Origin: Eukaryota sp. TZLM1-RC
Lineage: Eukaryota > Protista > Metamonada: BaSk clade
NCBI GenBank assembly: GCA_040285825.1
Contig: JAUPSS010000002.1
Location: forward strand, 124,001-188,000
Direction of reading: 5' to 3'
DNA: 64,000 nucleotides
Shown: positions 57,653 to 64,000 of the stretch, one piece after another
How positions within the stretch are numbered: the stretch's first letter is position 1
Layout of the letters: the number at the start of each line of letters is the position of its first letter
Position numbers and translations under genes: made by a program
The notes under the pieces: model-generated
Database searches by the model: none
What the model was told of the DNA's origin: nothing
What the model saw: the letters and a program-made list of their open reading frames with translations, nothing else

Positions 57653-60600
57653 CTAAGTTTCTTTTTTACAAACCTCGACTGTCAAAAATTTTGGAACGAC
57701 CTGTGAAAAAAAATCCACCAATGGTAATCGTATTTTCCTCGACTGCTTGCCATTGATTAGCTGACACATAAATGAATAAATTTCAGGGAAAATCTCCCTC
57801 AATATAACATCGTTTTGATTATTAATGCTGGTTATAAATTCTCCTTGAACAGGAACCATTGTTTCTGCATCAACAATAATCTGCTTGTGAAACTCTTCCA
57901 AAACCAAAGGATCTGTGATTGAATCTAAATCAAAGTCCAAATTTTTTCGTAACAACACTGTTTCTACTACTGTAATCAAATCGCTTTTGGTGAAGATCTT
58001 ATCAGCGAAATCAAAAGATAGCAACTGAATCATTAAGCTGAAAAGAAGCTTATTACACATTAACTCCTGCTTTAAAAGTGAAGGAAAACCTGCAGATCCC
58101 TTAAAGGGAGCGGTGGTGCTTAAAGAATGTCTTCTAGAAACATTATGGTTGAAGGTAAAAGCAAACGCCTTGGATTTCTGAACAGAATTGAAAATCAATG
58201 TTAAAGAATCTAGTTTTGATTGATAAAGTTGGCTGGTATTACTGAAAAACAACACCAACTCCAACAGGTAAACATGCAAAATCGACATTTCTCTACATCG
58301 TTCAATGACTGGTAGAGACCAAAAAGTCTTGGAATCTGAAGGTACTTCTCTTTCCACAAGTGTTGCCGGTAAAGTTCCACCAAGAAAAGTAGAAATAATG
58401 GTCAGAACAACATCCCAGTCATCAGAGTCAAACTCCTCAAACAAAGAAATCATCACGGACTTAAAATGGTTAAAAGCAATCTTAGCCACGGTCAGAGTGC
58501 CATCAAGCAGGGGGCTCCTGAAAACTGCAAGTAAAGTTGAGAAGCAAGGTTTAAAATGATCAAAATTTGAGACGACACTGGAATGTAATTGGCTCAAAAG
58601 AACCTCAATGTCGCCCATAATCAAGTCAGCAAGATCAGAATTATCACGTGATAGCTCAGAATGAAGCGCAGTAAGTGAAGCCACCAACATTATAAAAGGG
58701 CTTTTGAGAATTGCTTCCCTGGATGAAACGTTTAAAACTGCAATCCGGTCAAAAATAATCTCTTTTAATCCAGTCAGTAGGATTCTTCTTGACTCTGACG
58801 ACAACGACACATTTGATAGTGGCCCACAAAGGCAATCACCAATCAAACTCCACAAGACTGTTCGCTCAGAAATGTGGTCTTCTTGTTGATCTGGAAGTGA
58901 TCCCGAGCCCAAATATTCAGCTAGTGTTGACAAGAGATTGACAGTCTTTGCCACGTCATCACTAACAGCATTGTGAGCTAAAATCAGACTACCTAGAACA
59001 GAAACTAGATCAGAAAAGGCACTCAATGCGTATCGTGCAACGTGATGACAAGTGATAAACGAAGTGATCTGATCAATAACCAACTGAACAATCAACTTTG
59101 TACCCCTCTTGGCACCAATAGAAAAGCATTTTAACAAAGGTCTCCAACCAGATTTTAGAATAGAGGATCGTTTGTTGGCAATTTCACCAAGAACTGAAAG
59201 TGTAACTTCAGCGATTGACTCATCAGCTGTATGAATGATGAGCTCAAAAGGCTTTAAAAAATCTTTTTGAAATTTAAAATGACAAGATTCTTCTCTTTCA
59301 AGGAATTTCAGTGATAGTTGACGTAAAGAGTTGATACCTAAAAGAGCTGGATTTTGACCTGATGACGTGTTATTTTGACCGGTTGATGTAACCTTAAGCA
59401 GAAACTGTGACAATATTTTCCATAGATGAGCAAACACATGGCGCACTCTTTCAGTATTACAGTATGTGACTTCAACAATCTTTTGAAGTGAAAAAAACCT
59501 AGCGGCCACAACTTCAAAAGGTTCAACATCACTAGTGAAATCAAAAACAGACTTGCACTTGCTCAACTCTTCCAAACTCGTCCTAACCAAAACTGCTAAA
59601 GTTCCTTTAAGTTCAAGTTCGGCCACCACGCAAAGAGACTCGACATAACAAACCAAAACTCGGTCGTCAAGTGACTCCGATAATGAATAGCAATTATCAA
59701 CATCCAAAGCTGAGAATCGTTGTTTAAGCAACTTAGAGTTGGCGTAATCGTTGCTCACCATCTTGACCGATCGTTGGTCAGCTCTTTTAGGTGGTGTGGG
59801 CATTGTGGAGGAGAGATTGATGAGGCGATGAACTTCCGAGATTGTTGCTAATAACAAGATCCATTCAAAAGTCAAGAAGTTTCCACAGAGCTTAAGAGAC
59901 TTGAATATGATTTCAAGAGAAGCCAAACCTCGAACAGTCAATTGATTTCTAGCAATCAAATTTGATTGGTTCAAAAGAAACAGTAGAATATTTGAAATGA
60001 TAGATCCATTTGATTGGGTTGTGACCAAACTGATAAAGAGGGTAATGGATTCAATGACGGTAACGAAAAACTTATTACCAGTAGTTACATTTAAAAAGGA
60101 AACTTTTAAAGAATTCCAGAAAGAATCTATACAGACGTTCAATACTGAACCAAACATTTCGCCAAGACTAGGCAAGACCAATTCAGAATTTTGACCAGAT
60201 GACGTCACCAAAGAGTGACTTTCCATGACTGTGTGATGTCGTTCAATCTCATTTTCTGCAATATCCTTGTAAACTTGCTGAAGAAACTCATCAGAAACAA
60301 CAGTATCTTCAGGAGCAACTCCTCTAAAATTAGTAACAAATCCTTCAATGGACATTTTGTGTTCGACTTTGGGGTTATAGAGATCTGTATTAAGCATTAG
60401 GGTAGCAAAAGCAAGGGCATAGATTGAATCTGGGTCAAAGGAAGAATCAGATTGACTTGAAGCAAATGATTGGGCAAAGGCTTCTACAATTCTATCAATC
60501 TGCTGTGCTTCTTTTGGTAATTCAAAGCAAACCAACCAACTCCTCATAGCAGAAACAAATGAAAGTTCGCTAAAGTTTAACAATTTGAAGTAATAGGCAA

Positions 60601-62161
60601 CCACTGATCTGGATAACTCAGACCCCCCACCAAGAAATTCCCCAACTTTGTGGCGATCTAGTTGGGGAGTTGACATTATCCAATGAGCAAAATGACGATG
60701 TAAAAGGTCAGAATTTAAATGGTCTTCTGTATTCTGATCTTCTGATTTGGGTATTAAAAGATTTTCCTTGACCAAATATTCAAATGCTTGTTTGGGTTTT
60801 TCGTTAAAAAGTGCAATAGCTTTTTCGACACAAGTCTTGTACTCTTTTTGAGCTTCAAAATACTTACTAGAATCATTTTCTTGACATTCATTGACTTCTT
60901 CATTATTTCTGACCCCCCACGTGATATTTTGATCCTTATCATACCATCTTTTCAAACTAGTAATCAAGTTGCAAACCACCCCTGAAGCTTCCGAAGCTAA
61001 ATAAACACAGTCAGAAGCAACAACATCAGCAAGGGTCTGGGTCAGAACCTCCCAAATATTGGTGCAAGACAAATCACAATCAAAATTGATGTAGCACAGA
61101 GGAGGAAATGCTGGATGACTGGAAAGAGGGAGAAGAACTAAAGCGATCAAATTAGTTTTAATGTCGTTTGAAACCTTTTTTGAATTCAAAAGAGGAATTA
61201 AACAAGTGGTGAATAACCCGCTACATTGGTTCCTACAACGAGGGAGAAACAGTTCAAAATAAAGGTTCAAAACTTTAAAGAAATTGTAAGATATTGAGCT
61301 ATCTGAATGAATCAAACAAGAATCTTCATAAACACAGTTCAAAAACACCGAATAGAGACCGTTCCTCAAGACTTCTTCAAACTGAGTACTCGACAGAACG
61401 GAGCTGAAATGAGTGTCAAGGATGTTAATGATGAATTCCAAAACCAAAACTAATAAACGATGATCTGCAACCGTCAAGGATTCATTATCTTTTCTTTTAG
61501 AAGCTCTGTTAAGCATGTCTAAGAACTTTGAGAAAATAATGACGTGATCAGGGTCAGACTGCCGGTTACTTTCATCAGATGACGCGATTGATTGGGGTGA
61601 ATCAGAGTTAAAAGAATGAGAAAACACCAACCCAACTATCTGAATCAAAGCTCCTCTTGCTGTATTGGACGAGGTCTTGTCAATAGAACTGGCAAATATA
61701 CCCAATAGAGTCCATATTGCCTGCACAAGCACCTGGCCTTTGAGGGAATGGGAACTGCAGAGGGTAAGTAAAGCCTTAATCACTTGGAGAATGACGGCAG
61801 GATCTTGAGAGTGTTGGCACTTGCAAATGGTAGAGACAACAACCTCGAGAAGGGTTGTTCCTTCTTCATTGACGACTGTCGTACCAGTGAGGTGGCCATA
61901 AGCAATCATTTTTTGGATGCAGTCAAGAGCGGTTTTCTGGGATGTTGCATTATCAGATTCACATGCAAGACGAAGTGGGGTAAAGTATTTATCGCTGGAA
62001 TAAGCGAGGAATGTGCTTGTACCATACGCATTAAAATCTGAAGACAGGGTGCCTTCTGAGGAAGAAATTTCTTCAAGAACCACTTGACATGAGTGCTTAA
62101 GTTCGGAGTTGCGACTGGTTTTGATGAGTTTTTCTAGTGTGAGGTGCAGGAAAGTTTGCAT
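57653..62161 (-). CDS. Large ARF guanine-nucleotide exchange factor (BIG/GBF/Sec7 family)
   Basis: DCB (ALDCIQKMIAYG), HUS (YINFDCD), Sec7 (FELPKEAQQIDRIVEAFA; LMLNTDLYN) and HDS (FSLQKIVEV; SLRQLSLKFLE; KSGW) motifs. Confidence 0.92.
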   Translation of the reverse strand: MQTFLHLTLEKLIKTSRNSELKHSCQVVLEEISSSEGTLSSDFNAYGTSTFLAYSSDKYFTPLRLACESDNATSQKTALDCIQKMIAYGHLTGTTVVNEEGTTLLEVVVSTICKCQHSQDPAVILQVIKALLTLCSSHSLKGQVLVQAIWTLLGIFASSIDKTSSNTARGALIQIVGLVFSHSFNSDSPQSIASSDESNRQSDPDHVIIFSKFLDMLNRASKRKDNESLTVADHRLLVLVLEFIINILDTHFSSVLSSTQFEEVLRNGLYSVFLNCVYEDSCLIHSDSSISYNFFKVLNLYFELFLPRCRNQCSGLFTTCLIPLLNSKKVSNDIKTNLIALVLLPLSSHPAFPPLCYINFDCDLSCTNIWEVLTQTLADVVASDCVYLASEASGVVCNLITSLKRWYDKDQNITWGVRNNEEVNECQENDSSKYFEAQKEYKTCVEKAIALFNEKPKQAFEYLVKENLLIPKSEDQNTEDHLNSDLLHRHFAHWIMSTPQLDRHKVGEFLGGGSELSRSVVAYYFKLLNFSELSFVSAMRSWLVCFELPKEAQQIDRIVEAFAQSFASSQSDSSFDPDSIYALAFATLMLNTDLYNPKVEHKMSIEGFVTNFRGVAPEDTVVSDEFLQQVYKDIAENEIERHHTVMESHSLVTSSGQNSELVLPSLGEMFGSVLNVCIDSFWNSLKVSFLNVTTGNKFFVTVIESITLFISLVTTQSNGSIISNILLFLLNQSNLIARNQLTVRGLASLEIIFKSLKLCGNFLTFEWILLLATISEVHRLINLSSTMPTPPKRADQRSVKMVSNDYANSKLLKQRFSALDVDNCYSLSESLDDRVLVCYVESLCVVAELELKGTLAVLVRTSLEELSKCKSVFDFTSDVEPFEVVAARFFSLQKIVEVTYCNTERVRHVFAHLWKILSQFLLKVTSTGQNNTSSGQNPALLGINSLRQLSLKFLEREESCHFKFQKDFLKPFELIIHTADESIAEVTLSVLGEIANKRSSILKSGWRPLLKCFSIGAKRGTKLIVQLVIDQITSFITCHHVARYALSAFSDLVSVLGSLILAHNAVSDDVAKTVNLLSTLAEYLGSGSLPDQQEDHISERTVLWSLIGDCLCGPLSNVSLSSESRRILLTGLKEIIFDRIAVLNVSSREAILKSPFIMLVASLTALHSELSRDNSDLADLIMGDIEVLLSQLHSSVVSNFDHFKPCFSTLLAVFRSPLLDGTLTVAKIAFNHFKSVMISLFEEFDSDDWDVVLTIISTFLGGTLPATLVEREVPSDSKTFWSLPVIERCREMSILHVYLLELVLFFSNTSQLYQSKLDSLTLIFNSVQKSKAFAFTFNHNVSRRHSLSTTAPFKGSAGFPSLLKQELMCNKLLFSLMIQLLSFDFADKIFTKSDLITVVETVLLRKNLDFDLDSITDPLVLEEFHKQIIVDAETMVPVQGEFITSINNQNDVILREIFPEIYSFMCQLINGKQSRKIRLPLVDFFSQVVPKFLTVEVCKKET

Positions 62162-62268
62162 CGGCTAGCAGCACAAATATGCAAGACAGCAGTATTCTGT
62201 TGATTAATGGTGGATGAAGATGAAACAACAAAAGATGATTCAGAACATTCTTCTGTAGAAGTTTTGCC

Positions 62269-62620
62269 TCACCTCACTTCCTCAATAAATACTAATTGTC
62301 TTTGTACGACAACACCATTGAATTTATTATTATTTAAATTGTCGTAAAAAGTAATTATTAAATTGAGACATGCTCGCTGTACCATTCTCCTGGCTGTTTT
62401 TCTGGCAAACATACAACGATGCACAAGACAACGATAAACTGTTGATATTGAAACTTTTTTGTTCAGTTCCCTTTCAATTATTCTGTCAATTTCTCTCAAA
62501 AACAACAATGGCTTTTTTCCAACAAGAGTGTGATATATTGAATGTCATTATCATTCATTTGAATTAGTGTCATAATGGCTAGGCGTGGTTCGGTGTGGTT
62601 CGGTTTCCCCTTGTTTTTTT
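62269..62620 (-). mobile_element. IS630/Tc1/mariner-like transposase remnant
   Basis: LFLREI...VSISTVYRCL...RKTARR...A...LVFIEE matches the HTH and first catalytic strand (FIDE) of IS630-type transposases. Confidence 0.6.
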
Positions 62621-63306
62621 TCAAAAAGGTCAGAAAACCATCTTTAAATGGTATTTGATTGACCCTAAACCTCAAAATACAAGAGGGCACAAGTTGACAT
62701 TAAGAAGTGTTATTCTGAGAGCAATACACAATTATGTAGTTTTTACTGATCTGCAGTAGAAATTGTGAAGAGAATTGTCTATTGCAATACTTTTACGACT
62801 TAAGTAAAGTTGAGAACAACCATTAATTAATAATGATTAATAAGTTCCAACTCTACAACTTCCACGCAATCAAAACAACTGAACACTCATCATGTAATGT
62901 GAAATTGAAAAATAACCAGCGGTTTATGTGATTTTCGCTTCATTCATTATATTAAACCCATCTTATCAAATTCATTAAACTAGAAAATTGTACATTTTTA
63001 ATAGTGTTTGAGAGTGAAAATGATAATGTATTGAGCAATTCATTTTTTGAATTTTGGATTTTTTTATTCTTGGTGCAAAACTTTTGCCACCAGCCACCAG
63101 CCATTTGAGAGTATTATGTATTATAGTCAATAAATTTAACTAAAAAAATTCTAAATACTATTTTTTGGATGGTCAATGAGTTTGTTGACACTATTTTATA
63201 TTAAATGTCCAAAATAATGGTCAACTATGTTAAAGTTGAATCACCTAAAAGATGAAGTCACACAAAAAGAAGTCAATAAACCATGAAGCAAGTTTATAAA
63301 CAAGAC

Positions 63307-64000
63307 TTAGCCATTAACCACATTAGGCAAACGAAAAGCTAAAACAAAAACTAATAAATAAATAATCAAAGGCCAAACTCCAATTAAAAAAGGTGATTGA
63401 AAATAGAGAAAAAACCCAAACAGTAATCCACCACTGAGAGAACCAATCATTCTAAAAATAGAAACAGCAGAGTTCAAAGCTCCGTGAATGAGCCCCGTCT
63501 GACTGGATTTATTACAGTTGACTGTCATTGACAACGCACAAGAACCACATATCCAGCCAATAGCACAAAGAAAGATCGACAAGAACAGTACAGGCCAAGT
63601 AAGATTTTTAGAAACAAACACCGCAAAAGGACTGAGAAAATTCCCAACTCCAATACAAATTGAACCCATCATAAAAACTTTCTGTAAACTCAACCAATTC
63701 AGTAACCTCTTGAAGAACAACACTTGAAAAGATACGCATAACAGACCAAAAATTAAGAAATGGATGCCAGCTAATCGGGGTGTAAAACCCAAACCTCCTT
63801 GCTCCAAAGGTAACGTATTGAATAAAACCAAAACCACCAAAGTTGTGCCGTTTCCTAATTGATTGAAACAATAAACCAAGGAACTTTGGAGTAGAGTCTT
63901 ATCCTTGCTTATTAGCAACAAACCATTTACAAAACCCGCCTTTGACTGACATGTGGCTTTTGGATCTTCATCTGGTGAGCTGTTGAGTAAGGAGGACTCT
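63307..64000 (-). CDS. Major facilitator superfamily transporter, C-terminal part (runs off the window)
   Basis: Multiple hydrophobic helices, PLEQGGLGFT and G..HGA.NSA.S..RMIGS..GG..F; the frame is open to the window edge. Confidence 0.8.
   Translation of the reverse strand, partial: ESSLLNSSPDEDPKATCQSKAGFVNGLLLISKDKTLLQSSLVYCFNQLGNGTTLVVLVLFNTLPLEQGGLGFTPRLAGIHFLIFGLLCVSFQVLFFKRLLNWLSLQKVFMMGSICIGVGNFLSPFAVFVSKNLTWPVLFLSIFLCAIGWICGSCALSMTVNCNKSSQTGLIHGALNSAVSIFRMIGSLSGGLLFGFFLYFQSPFLIGVWPLIIYLLVFVLAFRLPNVVNG

Overview
An AT-rich eukaryotic window, most likely from a protist: intact, intron-poor housekeeping genes with very short intergenic spacers alternate with islands of decayed, nested mobile elements. 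Recognisable host genes are a trehalose-6-P synthase/phosphatase fusion, CPSF160, NAA20, an RPA32/Stn1-like OB-fold protein, VPS13, a tandem CCCH zinc-finger protein, a WW-domain protein, a NEK kinase, exosome Csl4, a BIG/GBF-type Sec7 ARF-GEF and a partial MFS transporter. A small spliced gene at 6608-6920 is missing from the ORF track. Mobile DNA comprises a chromodomain Ty3/Gypsy family with very short LTRs (83-136 bp, 4-bp TSDs), at least four families of RLE-type (CRE-like) non-LTR retrotransposons, an IS630/Tc1 remnant and several Fanzor (eukaryotic TnpB/Cas12-like) loci. The main finding is two divergent, pseudogenised ~3.5-kb Fanzor genes (14.2-17.8 kb and 44.2-47.6 kb). Each carries an N-terminal B-family-polymerase-type 3'-5' exonuclease domain with no polymerase domain, and the second also carries a Ulp1/SENP-type protease, apparently in one ancestral reading frame. 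A structured 63-nt block at the Fanzor 3' end (candidate omega-RNA scaffold or right end) is 58/63 identical at two loci, and at both the match ends at the ATG of an unrelated downstream ORF; weaker copies precede two more ATGs. All calls come from reading motifs by eye; no database searches were run.
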